Shown here piece by piece: positions 37,920 to 47,832 of a stretch of 64,000 nt of DNA. The notes below the pieces were generated by a model. The model did no database searches, had not been told where the DNA came from, and saw only the letters and a list, made by a program, of their open reading frames with translations. Both the position numbers and the translations under genes were made by a program. The DNA is from Gammaproteobacteria bacterium (GTDB lineage Bacteria; Pseudomonadota; Gammaproteobacteria; UBA4575), in contig OZ251487.1 of the NCBI GenBank assembly GCA_965242685.1, positions 865,199-929,198 of the forward strand, in the 5' to 3' direction. The first letter of the stretch is position 1; every line of letters starts with the position of its first letter.

Positions 37920-38927
37920 TTGCGTAACATCGTGTACAACTCTCCCACTTTTTGTGACTACGACTTCGGTATCACTTGTATCGATACCGGCTACGGCGGT
38001 ACCGGGCACACGGCCTGTTATCTGATCGTTCAGGATCATCGTGCCGCCTTTATCGACACGGGAACGGGAAATTCCGTTCCCCGCCTGCTGGAAGTCTTGA
38101 AGATAAAAGGGATACAGGCCTCTGCCGTAAAGTACGTCATCCCTACCCACGTGCACCTCGATCACGCCGGCGGGGCCGGCGCGCTGATGGATAAATTACC
38201 CGATGCCAGTCTGGTCGTGCATCCTCGCGGGGCGCGACACATGATCGATCCAAGCGCACTCGTCGCCAGTGCAACGACGGTCTACGGCGAAAAGCAATTC
38301 AAACGAAAATTCGGTGAGATCGTTGCCGTTGATGAAAAACGCGTGATCGTTGCAGAGGATGACACGACCCTGACGTTGGCGGGCCGTACCTTGACCTTTT
38401 TGGATACCCCCGGTCACGCCCGTCATCATTTTTGCGTGTATGACGAAACGAGCGAGGGGGTTTTCAGCGGCGATACCTTCGGCCTTTCCTATCGTCGGCT
38501 GGATAATGAAGACGGTGCATTTATTCTGCCTACCACCACGCCGGTACAGTTCGATCCGGACGCCTGGCAACGATCACTCACGCGAATACTCGGTTACAAA
38601 CCCGGAAATATATATTTGACTCACTTCGGCAGAGTTACGGAAGTGGATCGCCTGGCCAAGGCACTGCGCGACGATATAAGCCACTACGCCGAAATTGCGC
38701 GAAACCACGCCAATGCCGAAAATCGTAAGGAAAAAATCCGAGTTGCGCTCGAGAAATACCTGAACAAGAGATTGACTGAACGGTATGGCTCAACAGAGGG
38801 TTCAACAGAGGGCTCAACAGAGGGCTCAACAGAAATAGAGGCACAGATAGACTTTCTGAAGCCCGACCTGGATTTAAATGCGGCGGGCTTGGACGTGTGG
38901 CTAAGCCGTGCGCAAAAAACCGCCTAA
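37920..38927 (+). CDS. MBL-fold metallo-hydrolase with a C-terminal (GSTE)4 repeat
   Basis: HVHLDHAGG metal-binding motif. TTG or GTG start. C-terminal low-complexity repeat GSTEGSTEGSTEGSTE. Confidence 0.65.
   Translation: MRNIVYNSPTFCDYDFGITCIDTGYGGTGHTACYLIVQDHRAAFIDTGTGNSVPRLLEVLKIKGIQASAVKYVIPTHVHLDHAGGAGALMDKLPDASLVVHPRGARHMIDPSALVASATTVYGEKQFKRKFGEIVAVDEKRVIVAEDDTTLTLAGRTLTFLDTPGHARHHFCVYDETSEGVFSGDTFGLSYRRLDNEDGAFILPTTTPVQFDPDAWQRSLTRILGYKPGNIYLTHFGRVTEVDRLAKALRDDISHYAEIARNHANAENRKEKIRVALEKYLNKRLTERYGSTEGSTEGSTEGSTEIEAQIDFLKPDLDLNAAGLDVWLSRAQKTA
38786..38833 (+). repeat. four tandem copies of a 12-bp repeat (ggytcaacagag) inside the MBL hydrolase ORF
   Basis: Directly visible: ggctcaacagagggttcaacagagggctcaacagagggctcaacagaa. 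Confidence 0.7.
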
Positions 38928-38950
38928 GATCGCCGGGCGTACCGACTCAC

Positions 38951-39787
38951 TCAGACAAAGCAGGGACGGCGGCGATGATAGTATTTGACGCCATTAAATG
39001 AGATGTCTTTGTCCGATGTGCCGCCTAAATACATCTCGGCCACCAAGTCGGTGGACTCCAGCAGTTCTTTCGCCGACCCTTTTTTCACTACGCGCCCATT
39101 TTCAATGACGTAGCCAACCGTGGCGTAGCGTAGTGCAATCCTGGCATTTTGCTCCGAAACCAGAAAGCTTACCCCTTCCTCTTCATTGAGTTGTTTGACA
39201 ATCTCGAATATTTGTTCGACAAATTGCGGGGCAAGTCCCATTGACGGCTCGTCAAGCAAAATCAGACTGGGTTTCGACATCAGCGCCCGGCCGACGGCAA
39301 TCATCTGCTGCTCACCCCCCGAACACAGCCCGCCGGGGTTCTTGCGGCGGTCCGCTATGCGAGGAAACAGCCCATAAACATGATCCAGATTTCTTCGCTG
39401 TTCCGCCTTGTTCATATTCTGAATAAAAGAGCCGGTCAGCAGGTTCTCTTCAACGCTCAAGTGGGCAAATATATGACGCCCTTCCAGCACTTGTACCACA
39501 CCTTTTTTCACCATGTCATAAGCGGAATAGGAGGCGATGTCATGGCCGCTCAACTCTATGGCACCTTTTGTTACTTCACCGCGTTCCGCCTCTAGCAAAC
39601 GTGAACACGCCTTCAGCGTGGTCGTTTTCCCTGCGCCATTGGCGCCGAGTAAGGAGACGACTTCGCCTTGATTGATGGCCAGAGAAACCCCGCGCAACGC
39701 GAGAATGACGCCGCCGTAAACGGCTTCAATGTTATTGATCGCCAACAATGGGTCATCGTTGCTCATAGTTTTACTCCCGTCCGTCAT
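38951..39787 (-). CDS. branched-chain-amino-acid-type ABC transporter ATP-binding protein (LivF-like)
   Basis: Walker A GANGAGKTT, signature LSGGEQQ, Walker B LILLDEP. The true start may be the internal MSNDD Met (39766). Confidence 0.85.
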   Translation of the reverse strand: MTDGSKTMSNDDPLLAINNIEAVYGGVILALRGVSLAINQGEVVSLLGANGAGKTTTLKACSRLLEAERGEVTKGAIELSGHDIASYSAYDMVKKGVVQVLEGRHIFAHLSVEENLLTGSFIQNMNKAEQRRNLDHVYGLFPRIADRRKNPGGLCSGGEQQMIAVGRALMSKPSLILLDEPSMGLAPQFVEQIFEIVKQLNEEEGVSFLVSEQNARIALRYATVGYVIENGRVVKKGSAKELLESTDLVAEMYLGGTSDKDISFNGVKYYHRRRPCFV

Positions 39788-39848
39788 ACCGTTCTTATGC
39801 CCGCTATTTATTTGCCTACACCCGCCGGATGGTCAAACAGAAATGACC

Positions 39849-40985
39849 TTACGTAGTGGAAAACGGCCAGATGCGCAACCGATGTTTAGTGGCGTCCCAC
39901 AACCCCGCAAAGCCGTTCGGATGATAGATCAACAGCAAGATAATGATGGTGCCGACCACGATCTTTGAGTTATTTTCCACAAACGCGGTATCTAACGTGC
40001 CGCCACCAAATACCGCATCACCGAACCGCGTGATCAGTATCGGCCAACCATAGACAAAAATGGCGCCCAAGAAGGAACCTAAAATCGATCCCAACCCTCC
40101 CAAGATAATCATGAACATAACCAGAAACGACCTTCGCAGGTCATAGATCATGAAGTCGAGATTGCCGATGTAGCAGTATGAGTACATGGCGCCCGCAACC
40201 CCACAGTAAAAACAGCTCACAAAAAACGCATTCAATTTGGTCTTGCCCACGGGAATACCGATAACGCTCGCCGCAATGTCCATATCCCGTACCGCCATCC
40301 AGTTCCTTCCGGTTGAGCTACGCACCATGTTTTTGGCCGCAAGCGCCAACACCACCGTTACAACCAAGGCGATCAAATACCGCCAAACATAGGCATTGGC
40401 GTAGGCATAGGAAGGACGATCTTCGCGGTTGGCCCCTAAAAGATTAAAAATTTGCTCTTGAAAAGGCAGGAAGCGGTAGTGGAATTCCGGCAAGTGCACA
40501 ACCCCCGAACTCGCATAGTTCAAAAACCATGGGTAGGCATTGAACAGCCATTCATGGAAAAATTGCGCGCACAACGTCGATACAAGAAGATAAAACCCCT
40601 TAATGCGCAAACTGGGAAGGCCGAATACAATCCCCACCAAGCCCGCCACAATACCGGCACACAAAAAAGCCAACCAGACGTTCATCCATTCCACGCGAAA
40701 CAGCAGGTTAAACGCCGTAAACGCACCAAAGGACATGAACCCCGCCGTGCCCAAAGAAAGTTGTCCGGTATACCCCGAGGCGATATTCAACCCCAAACTG
40801 GCAACGCTCAATACCATTATCGGAATCAGAATGGCACTGAACCAGTAGTCATTACCTATAAATGGAACGACCAAAAACATAAACGCCAGAAACATCCACA
40901 TGATCCAGCGGTCTTCGCGTATCGGCACCATGCGCCGATCTTCGGCGTAACTTTCAACAATCTGACCTGTTTCACGGTAAAACAT
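39849..40985 (-). CDS. ABC transporter permease (LivM-like)
   Basis: Multi-TM, 378 aa, adjacent to LivH/LivG/LivF-like genes. Confidence 0.8.
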   Translation of the reverse strand: MFYRETGQIVESYAEDRRMVPIREDRWIMWMFLAFMFLVVPFIGNDYWFSAILIPIMVLSVASLGLNIASGYTGQLSLGTAGFMSFGAFTAFNLLFRVEWMNVWLAFLCAGIVAGLVGIVFGLPSLRIKGFYLLVSTLCAQFFHEWLFNAYPWFLNYASSGVVHLPEFHYRFLPFQEQIFNLLGANREDRPSYAYANAYVWRYLIALVVTVVLALAAKNMVRSSTGRNWMAVRDMDIAASVIGIPVGKTKLNAFFVSCFYCGVAGAMYSYCYIGNLDFMIYDLRRSFLVMFMIILGGLGSILGSFLGAIFVYGWPILITRFGDAVFGGGTLDTAFVENNSKIVVGTIIILLLIYHPNGFAGLWDATKHRLRIWPFSTT

Positions 40986-40987
40986 GT

Positions 40988-41935
40988 TTATATTCTCTCA
41001 ATGTCACGTTCACCAAAGATCCCCGTTGGGCGTATCAGTATGAATACCAGAGCGGTCAAATATGCCCACCAGTGCTCAATACCCTGCCCTCCGAAGGCAT
41101 CCGCAAAGAAGATCTCACCAAGTTTTTCACTCGAACCGATGATCAACCCACCTACGATACAACCGGGGATAGATGTCAGTCCACCGATGAGGATTACCGG
41201 CAAGCCTTTCAGTACCGCCCAGGTCAGTGTAAAAGACACACTCAAGCGGTCTGCCCAAGCCATGCCCGCCACGAACACAATTACACCGGTCACCGCCCAT
41301 ACGATTGCCCAAATCCTTGCCAACGGAATACCTACCGCCTGCGCGGCCATGTGGTCATCGGATACCGCACGCAACGACAAGCCGGTACGGGTGTACTGGA
41401 AAAAGAGATAGAGTGCCACCACCAACAGGATGGCGACCCCGGCAACAAAGCCGTCAAATTGGCTTACGATTATATCGAGCCACGGGATGTAGTCGGCGAC
41501 CATAAGAGGCTCGGTTGGAATACCCAGTTCAAGGCCATGCACCGCAGAGTCCCAAGTGCCCTGAGCCAGGCCCTCCAGAAAGTAGTTCAGCCCGACAGTG
41601 GCCATAAACAAAGACAGCAATGACTGGTTTGCAAGGGGGCGCATCATCACGCGTTCTATGACGACACCCATAATGACCATGACAAACGTAGTGATGGTGA
41701 ACGCCACCCAAAAATTCACTTGTCTTTCCAACAGACTCACAAACGTCAGGGCCGCAAACAGTAGCATTGTCCCCTGTGCAAAATTGAACACGCCGGAAGA
41801 TTTATAGACAAGAACGAATCCAATGGCTACCAACGTATACATGATCCCCGACAGCATGCCTCCGATGAGCACCTCCAGCCCAAACAAGGTGAACATCTCA
41901 ACAAACGCATTACCGAACCCCGCTAGAATTTCCAC
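40988..41935 (-). CDS. ABC transporter permease (LivH-like)
   Basis: Multi-TM, 315 aa. 3-bp spacing to the LivM-like gene. Confidence 0.8.
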   Translation of the reverse strand: MEILAGFGNAFVEMFTLFGLEVLIGGMLSGIMYTLVAIGFVLVYKSSGVFNFAQGTMLLFAALTFVSLLERQVNFWVAFTITTFVMVIMGVVIERVMMRPLANQSLLSLFMATVGLNYFLEGLAQGTWDSAVHGLELGIPTEPLMVADYIPWLDIIVSQFDGFVAGVAILLVVALYLFFQYTRTGLSLRAVSDDHMAAQAVGIPLARIWAIVWAVTGVIVFVAGMAWADRLSVSFTLTWAVLKGLPVILIGGLTSIPGCIVGGLIIGSSEKLGEIFFADAFGGQGIEHWWAYLTALVFILIRPTGIFGERDIERI

Positions 41936-41976
41936 TTGTCTGCTCTCCTCTTCACGCTTTGTCCGAGTTGCATGGC

Positions 41977-42765
41977 TTAATGGCTGACGCCCAGATAGGC
42001 GTCAATGACGGCCTGGTTGTTTTTGACCTCTTCGGGAGTACCGTCGCCGATCTTGGCACCGTAGTCCATCACCACTACGTGGTTGGAAATATCCATTACC
42101 ACGCTCATATCATGCTCGATCAAGACTATCGTCGTGCCGCGGTTGTAATTAATCTCTTGTATGAAACAGGCCATATCCAATTTTTCATCCAGATTCATGC
42201 CCGTCATCGGCTCATCAAGCAACAGTATCTTAGGCTCCGCCGCCAGCGCACGCCCAAGCTCAACCCGCTTTTGCAGTCCATACGACAAGGCCGAAACCTG
42301 CGTTTTGCGTATGGATTGCAACCCCAAAAATTCAATAATGTTCTCCACCTCTTCACGATGCTCAAGCTCTTCTCTTTTACTCCGCCCAATTCCCAGGGCA
42401 TGTTCTATAAACGTAGCCTTCATCATCAAATTGCGACCGGTCATAATGTTTTCGACCGCAGTCATCCCCGAAAACAGGGCGATGTTCTGGAAGGTGCGAC
42501 CGATACCCATTACCGCCGCAGAATGGGGCTTCATCCTGGAGAATTTTTTCCCTTCAAAGGTAATGGCCCCTTTTTGTGGTGTATATACGCCATTGATCAC
42601 GTTCAACATGGAGCTTTTGCCGGCACCATTGGGGCCGATTACGGCACAAATCTCACCCTTATACACCGTAAAGCTGATGTTCGTTATCGCGTTGGTGCCC
42701 CCAAACGCCAAGTCAATATTCTCAACTGTTAAGTGTGGCTCTTTTTTATTTTCTCCGCTATCCAT
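41977..42765 (-). CDS. ABC transporter ATP-binding protein (LivG-like)
   Basis: GPNGAGKSS Walker A, LSYGLQKRVELGRAL signature, LLLDEP. Confidence 0.85.
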   Translation of the reverse strand: MDSGENKKEPHLTVENIDLAFGGTNAITNISFTVYKGEICAVIGPNGAGKSSMLNVINGVYTPQKGAITFEGKKFSRMKPHSAAVMGIGRTFQNIALFSGMTAVENIMTGRNLMMKATFIEHALGIGRSKREELEHREEVENIIEFLGLQSIRKTQVSALSYGLQKRVELGRALAAEPKILLLDEPMTGMNLDEKLDMACFIQEINYNRGTTIVLIEHDMSVVMDISNHVVVMDYGAKIGDGTPEEVKNNQAVIDAYLGVSH

Positions 42766-42779
42766 CCGGTTTCGTCAAC

Positions 42780-44666
42780 TTATATAGATTGTAGTTTCAG
42801 TTCCGCCAACGTCTCGTCATTGGCGGCATCTTTTACTTCGTAGGTCTGTTTTGATGAGTACAAGGCATCCACCAGCGCCTTGTGTTTGTCCATGATCACA
42901 TCGCGCTTGATCTTACGCGACCTGGTCACCTCTCCCAAGTCAATATTGAACTCGCGATGCATGATCAGAAATCGTTTGATCGGCGGTGAGCCTTTGCCTT
43001 CAATCTTTTCTATATCGGCATTTACGGCGTCTACCGTCTTCTTTACCAGTTCGTACACTTCATCCTTAGTCGCCAAATCCCGATAGCCGGTAAAACGAAT
43101 TCTATTCGCTTCCGCCCAACTTCCCACCGTGTCGCTGTCCACCACAATCAGTGCGGCAATCGCTTCCTTGTTATCACCCACGGCGACGGCTTCTTTTATA
43201 TAGGGCGAAGATTTTAGTGCATTCTCCACCAGAAGCGGGGCAAACACGTCACCATTGCTGAACTTGCCCATAGAATCAACACGTTCGGTAATTCTCAGCG
43301 CACCCCGATCATCAATTTCACCCATGTCTCCGGTTCTGACCCAGTTGTCCGAGTCGCTTGTTTCGGCCGTGGCATCGGGGTTTCGATAATACTCTTTAAA
43401 GGCATTGATTCCTCTGAATGCAATTTCACCATTATCGAGCTTTTTAAGCTCCACACCCGGCAGCGGTACGCCCATACTGTATTCACCGGCCAGGCTGTCA
43501 ACCTGTTCATCGCCCTGTACGCAAACAAGGCCGCCAGACTCGGTAGTTCCATAGGATTTTCTGAGGTCAACGCCAATGCTGCGGAAAAAATCAAACACTT
43601 CGCTGCTCATAATATCACCACCGGTAAAGGCCCTGCGCAACCTCGTCAATCCATATACGTTTTTCAGGGGCGCATACACAAGCAAGCTGCCGAGTTTGCG
43701 TTTCAAACCGCCACCGTCGGCGGCGGCATTGCCGTTCACAACCCTGTTTCGGTGACGTTTGGCAACGTTCAGCCATTTATAGAACGTCTTGGATTTCGAA
43801 CGCTGCGCACGCGCAATAATATCGGAATACAGCTGCTTATAGAAATGAGGCGGCGCATAAAGGACGGTGGGGCCGATCTCCCGCAAATTGGCCATGACGG
43901 TCTCATTGTTCTCGGGGCAATTAACGGTAAACCCTCTAAGCAACCAAAGCGTGTAGGTGAATAATATGTTCGCCACGTAGGAGAGCGGTAAAAATGCAAG
44001 TAATTGCTCGTCCCGGGTTATTTTTTCCTGAGCGGCCAATGCGGTGCCGGTGTCGATAAAGCCGCCATGCGTGTGAACGACCCCGCGCGGTTCACCGGAA
44101 GTGCCCGAGGTATAGAGGATGAAGGCATCGGTATCTTTGGTGACTTTTTGAACGGACTCCGCAAAAAAATCGGGGTGATCCGCAATAAATTTTCTTCCCG
44201 CTTCCCGTAGCTGTAAAAAACTGTGCAAGCGAGAAGAGGTATATTCCTGCATCCCGCGACTGTCGCTATAGGCCATCTCCTCAAAATTCGGACACTGTGG
44301 CTTTACGGCATACATGCCGTCAACCTGTTGCTGGTCCTGCACCACGACAAACCTGGCTTCGCAGTTATTCAAAGCCAAAACCAACTCTTCGGAATTTGAA
44401 TCGGGATGGAGAGGAACGGCAACCGCCCCCAAGCTCTGTGTGGCGATCATCGCAAAGTAAAGCTCGGGGATATTGCTGCCCATGATGGCAATTTTATCGC
44501 CCGGCTTGACCCCTCTATGCGCCAGTCCACCGGCAAATTCACGCACGAATGAATCCGCGTCTCCCCACGTCCAAGTCTTCCACAACCCGTAGCGTTTGTA
44601 ACGGATTGCCGGTGCCAATTTGTGCGTTTTTACCTGTTCTAAAAAAAGACCGGGAAAAGTTTCCAT
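42780..44666 (-). CDS. AMP-dependent acyl-CoA synthetase/ligase (long-chain-fatty-acid--CoA ligase-like), ABC-transporter-associated type
   Basis: AMP-binding motif ILYTSGTSGEPRGV. 628 aa. Immediately upstream of the liv-type ABC genes on the same strand. Confidence 0.8.
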   Translation of the reverse strand: METFPGLFLEQVKTHKLAPAIRYKRYGLWKTWTWGDADSFVREFAGGLAHRGVKPGDKIAIMGSNIPELYFAMIATQSLGAVAVPLHPDSNSEELVLALNNCEARFVVVQDQQQVDGMYAVKPQCPNFEEMAYSDSRGMQEYTSSRLHSFLQLREAGRKFIADHPDFFAESVQKVTKDTDAFILYTSGTSGEPRGVVHTHGGFIDTGTALAAQEKITRDEQLLAFLPLSYVANILFTYTLWLLRGFTVNCPENNETVMANLREIGPTVLYAPPHFYKQLYSDIIARAQRSKSKTFYKWLNVAKRHRNRVVNGNAAADGGGLKRKLGSLLVYAPLKNVYGLTRLRRAFTGGDIMSSEVFDFFRSIGVDLRKSYGTTESGGLVCVQGDEQVDSLAGEYSMGVPLPGVELKKLDNGEIAFRGINAFKEYYRNPDATAETSDSDNWVRTGDMGEIDDRGALRITERVDSMGKFSNGDVFAPLLVENALKSSPYIKEAVAVGDNKEAIAALIVVDSDTVGSWAEANRIRFTGYRDLATKDEVYELVKKTVDAVNADIEKIEGKGSPPIKRFLIMHREFNIDLGEVTRSRKIKRDVIMDKHKALVDALYSSKQTYEVKDAANDETLAELKLQSI

Positions 44667-44957
44667 GCTATAAACTCAAACCCCTTATCGTCCTGCCTGT
44701 AAGCTCGACAGCAACCGTACAAGCCAGAAACGCCGATGTTACCTTATTCGCACTATATCACGCTATCTATTACTCTCCGGTAGGGCAAGGCCCGACCGTA
44801 GTGAACCAAGACAAGCGGTTACGTTACACCAGCCAAGTACCATTTGGCAAGCCTTTGCGTAAAAAGTTGCCCTCTATGCTCGATTCAGGTAAACGCAAAG
44901 CCGATTTTTTCCCGTCAGCACCCGAATTGAAGAAGGCCACCCGCCCCGCCAACGCCG

Positions 44958-45467
44958 TCATCGGCGGTGTTGAAAAAATTCTTTTAACAACTGGCCGCAC
45001 TGTTGTTCCAAAACGCCTTTTGTCACTTCGATGGAATGATTGTGTCGGGTATCCGTGAGTAGGTCAAATACCGAACCCGCCGCGCCCGTTTTAGGATCAC
45101 GGGCACCGAACACCAATCTCTTGATCCTCGCATGCAGCATAGCCCCCACACACATGACACACGGCTCCAACGTCACGTATAGCGTTGCGCCCGGCAGCCG
45201 ATAGTTGTTCATCAACTTTGCCGCCGCCCGCAATGCGATGACTTCCGCATGGGCGGAAGGGTCACGCCGAGAAACCGACTGGTTCCAGCCCTCGCCTACC
45301 CGATCGCCCGCAGCGACGATCACCGCACCCACCGGCACTTCTTGGCTTGCTCCCGCATGTTCCGCCAACCGAAGGGCTTCATGCATCCAATAGTCATCGT
45401 CGGGCAAGGTATTTACGACTTTATAACCTGCCGATGATAGGCTCTTATTTTCATTCAATGACAACAT
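44958..45467 (-). CDS. tadA: tRNA adenosine(34) deaminase
   Basis: YWMHEALRLAEHA...VPVGAVIV...HAEVIAL...LYVTLEPCVMCVGAM zinc-binding CDA motifs, near-colinear with E. coli TadA. Confidence 0.85.
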   Translation of the reverse strand: MLSLNENKSLSSAGYKVVNTLPDDDYWMHEALRLAEHAGASQEVPVGAVIVAAGDRVGEGWNQSVSRRDPSAHAEVIALRAAAKLMNNYRLPGATLYVTLEPCVMCVGAMLHARIKRLVFGARDPKTGAAGSVFDLLTDTRHNHSIEVTKGVLEQQCGQLLKEFFQHRR

Positions 45468-45510
45468 CGTTTATGGTTTTTTTTCCAAGACGCGCTCCAG
45501 TGGCTGAACT

Positions 45511-47832
45511 TCAACCAACAGCCTGTTTATAGAGGTGCCGTTGAAAATCAATAAAAACGCTTCGTATTTGCTTAATCTCGCCAAGTTTTTGCTGTGCATC
45601 ATTCATACTTCCATATTTCGTACGGAGCACTGTACCAAGCTTGGTATCATCTAACTCGTCTATGCCTTCCTGCACGTAGTTACGCAGCACGAATGCAATG
45701 AATTCACGTTGGTCTTTATTAAGGAAGGCATATATATTTTCTCGCGCCCTCTCTACCCTAGTAGCACGGCTGATTGGAGTTCGCGCATAGCTGATGTATT
45801 CAAGCACATCAAACAAGTCACTTTTCTCAGCATCGATTATTTTTTGCAGTTGCGCCAAGTCGTCCCTGCCGCACCCTTCCTTTTCCAACTCAGCAAGCAA
45901 CTCCTTACGTGTAGTGGGGTTTGCCCAAATCTCGCGTAGTTTTTCTTCACTTTCAAAAAACTTTGGCAAATGAAGAATATCGAATAAGTGCTTTATAAAG
46001 TCCTCTGCACTGATAGTTTTTCCATCTAGAAAAAAATAAGTAGACGACCAGGTTTGCAGCTCGCGTTCTTTGCCGTCTGCCAACCTTATTTTTACTTTGG
46101 TTGGTTTGTCTTCGTCTCCGTTACCCCCTTCATCGTTGTCAGGCTCGCCATCTTCCCATCTGATTTTCCCATCATTTTCACCTTCATCAACCGGCTGCAA
46201 GGGTTCGCCATCCCATTCAGCATCGTTAAACAAACGATAAGCACCAAAGAAATCAAAGATAGTGAAGTAATACTTGCCTTCAAAGAGACGCGTGCCACGT
46301 CCAATTATCTGCTTGAATTCAATCATGTTGTTTACGCGACGCAGCAAAACAATATTTCTTACATTGCGTGCATCAACGCCGGTGGTTAGTTTTCGACTCG
46401 TAGTAAGGATTGTCGGGATCAGTTTTTCGTTATCTCGAAACCGTTTGAGAAATGTATCGCCGATCTCACCCTCATCCGCTGTTACACGCACGCAATAATC
46501 ATTTGACGGGCTATCCGATTCTTCATTAATTAGCTCGCGCACCTTTGCCGCATGTTCTTGGTTCGCACAAAAAACAAGTGTCTTTTCATCTTTGTTAATG
46601 CCTGCAAGCATCTCTTTCACAAGCTTACGCTCGCGGGCTGGAATATAAATTTTTGTATTAAATTCTCCCCCTGTATAAACATGTCCTTCTTCAACTCTGC
46701 CCTCAACAACTTCGTCATCCGGTGTACGCATATACTCATCAATCGTGCTTTGTATGCGTTTTATTCTAAACGGTGTGAGAAAGCCGTCTTGTATGCCTTC
46801 CTTTAAGCTGTATTTGTAAACCGGTTCGCCAAAATACTCATACGTGTCCACGTTGTCGTCCCGCTTCGGTGTGGCCGTTAAGCCCAAGTGCACAGCAGCA
46901 TGAAAATGGTTAAGGATGTCGCGCCAAGAGCTTTCATCACTGGCCCCGCCTCGGTGGCATTCATCAATGATTACAAAGTCGAAAAAATCGGATTCATATT
47001 CACCAAAGTATGGTTTGTCTTCGGCACCGGACATAAAGGTTTGGAAGATGGTAAAGAACACACTGCCGTTTTTCGGCACTTCACCTTTCCTGCCAATTTC
47101 TCTTGGATTTATACGTACCCGCGCATCGTCACTAAATGCGACAAAGTCTGAGTACGCCTGATCTGCCAGGATATTTCTGTCGGCGAGAAACAGGATCCGC
47201 GGGGTACGTCTTCGATCTTTTTGTATCGTCCAACGGCTCTTAAAAAGTTTCCAGGCAATTTGAAAAGCTATGAAGGTCTTGCCGGTGCCCGTGGCAAGCG
47301 TAAGAAGCACACGTTGTTGATCATTTGCGATGGCCTCCATCGCTTTGTTAATCGCAATTTCCTGGTAGTAGCGCGTCTCTTTAGCGCCGCCGATATTTTC
47401 TTCGAAAGAAACTTTATTGAATTCGTCAATCCATTCGTTCTTTTTCGGGAATGTTTTTTCCCACAACTGTTGCGGGGTTGGAAATTTTGTTACTAGACTT
47501 TCTTTGCCACTCCTCAAGCAGATTTCGTAGATCTCTTTGCCGTTAGCGGCGTAAGCGGTTTCCAGCCCCAACTTCTGGGCGTATCGCTTTGCCTGTGCCA
47601 CGCCTTCGCCAACGTATGATCTATCGCTCTTTGCCTCAATCACGGCAAGTTTTCTATTCCTGTAGCTCAGCACGTAATCCGCCTTAAGCTTGCCGGGGCG
47701 AATTCTGCCAGCACGTATTTCGCCTTTAGTAATACTGTATTCACGTTGAACACGGACATCGCCGCCATTCACCCATCCGGCCTCCCTAAGCTGTGGCTCT
47801 ATTTGTTCCGCTCGTGTGTCGGCCTCGTTCAT
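45511..47832 (-). CDS. hsdR: Type I restriction endonuclease R subunit (compact HsdR with EcoEI-type C-terminal domain)
   Basis: N-terminal nuclease domain (MNEADTRAEQIEPQL...AVIEAK), SF2 helicase motifs I TGTGKT, II DECHR, III LTATP, VI GRGTRL, and an EcoEI_R_C-like tail. 4-bp overlap with hsdS. Confidence 0.75.
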   Translation of the reverse strand: MNEADTRAEQIEPQLREAGWVNGGDVRVQREYSITKGEIRAGRIRPGKLKADYVLSYRNRKLAVIEAKSDRSYVGEGVAQAKRYAQKLGLETAYAANGKEIYEICLRSGKESLVTKFPTPQQLWEKTFPKKNEWIDEFNKVSFEENIGGAKETRYYQEIAINKAMEAIANDQQRVLLTLATGTGKTFIAFQIAWKLFKSRWTIQKDRRRTPRILFLADRNILADQAYSDFVAFSDDARVRINPREIGRKGEVPKNGSVFFTIFQTFMSGAEDKPYFGEYESDFFDFVIIDECHRGGASDESSWRDILNHFHAAVHLGLTATPKRDDNVDTYEYFGEPVYKYSLKEGIQDGFLTPFRIKRIQSTIDEYMRTPDDEVVEGRVEEGHVYTGGEFNTKIYIPARERKLVKEMLAGINKDEKTLVFCANQEHAAKVRELINEESDSPSNDYCVRVTADEGEIGDTFLKRFRDNEKLIPTILTTSRKLTTGVDARNVRNIVLLRRVNNMIEFKQIIGRGTRLFEGKYYFTIFDFFGAYRLFNDAEWDGEPLQPVDEGENDGKIRWEDGEPDNDEGGNGDEDKPTKVKIRLADGKERELQTWSSTYFFLDGKTISAEDFIKHLFDILHLPKFFESEEKLREIWANPTTRKELLAELEKEGCGRDDLAQLQKIIDAEKSDLFDVLEYISYARTPISRATRVERARENIYAFLNKDQREFIAFVLRNYVQEGIDELDDTKLGTVLRTKYGSMNDAQQKLGEIKQIRSVFIDFQRHLYKQAVG

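Noticed and set aside
40452-41411. 319-aa plus-strand ORF (and other 150-250-aa ORFs at 42161, 41959, 41072)
   Set aside because: They are antisense to the LivM/LivH/LivG-like genes. The composition is arginine/proline-biased low-complexity, typical of GC-rich antisense frames.
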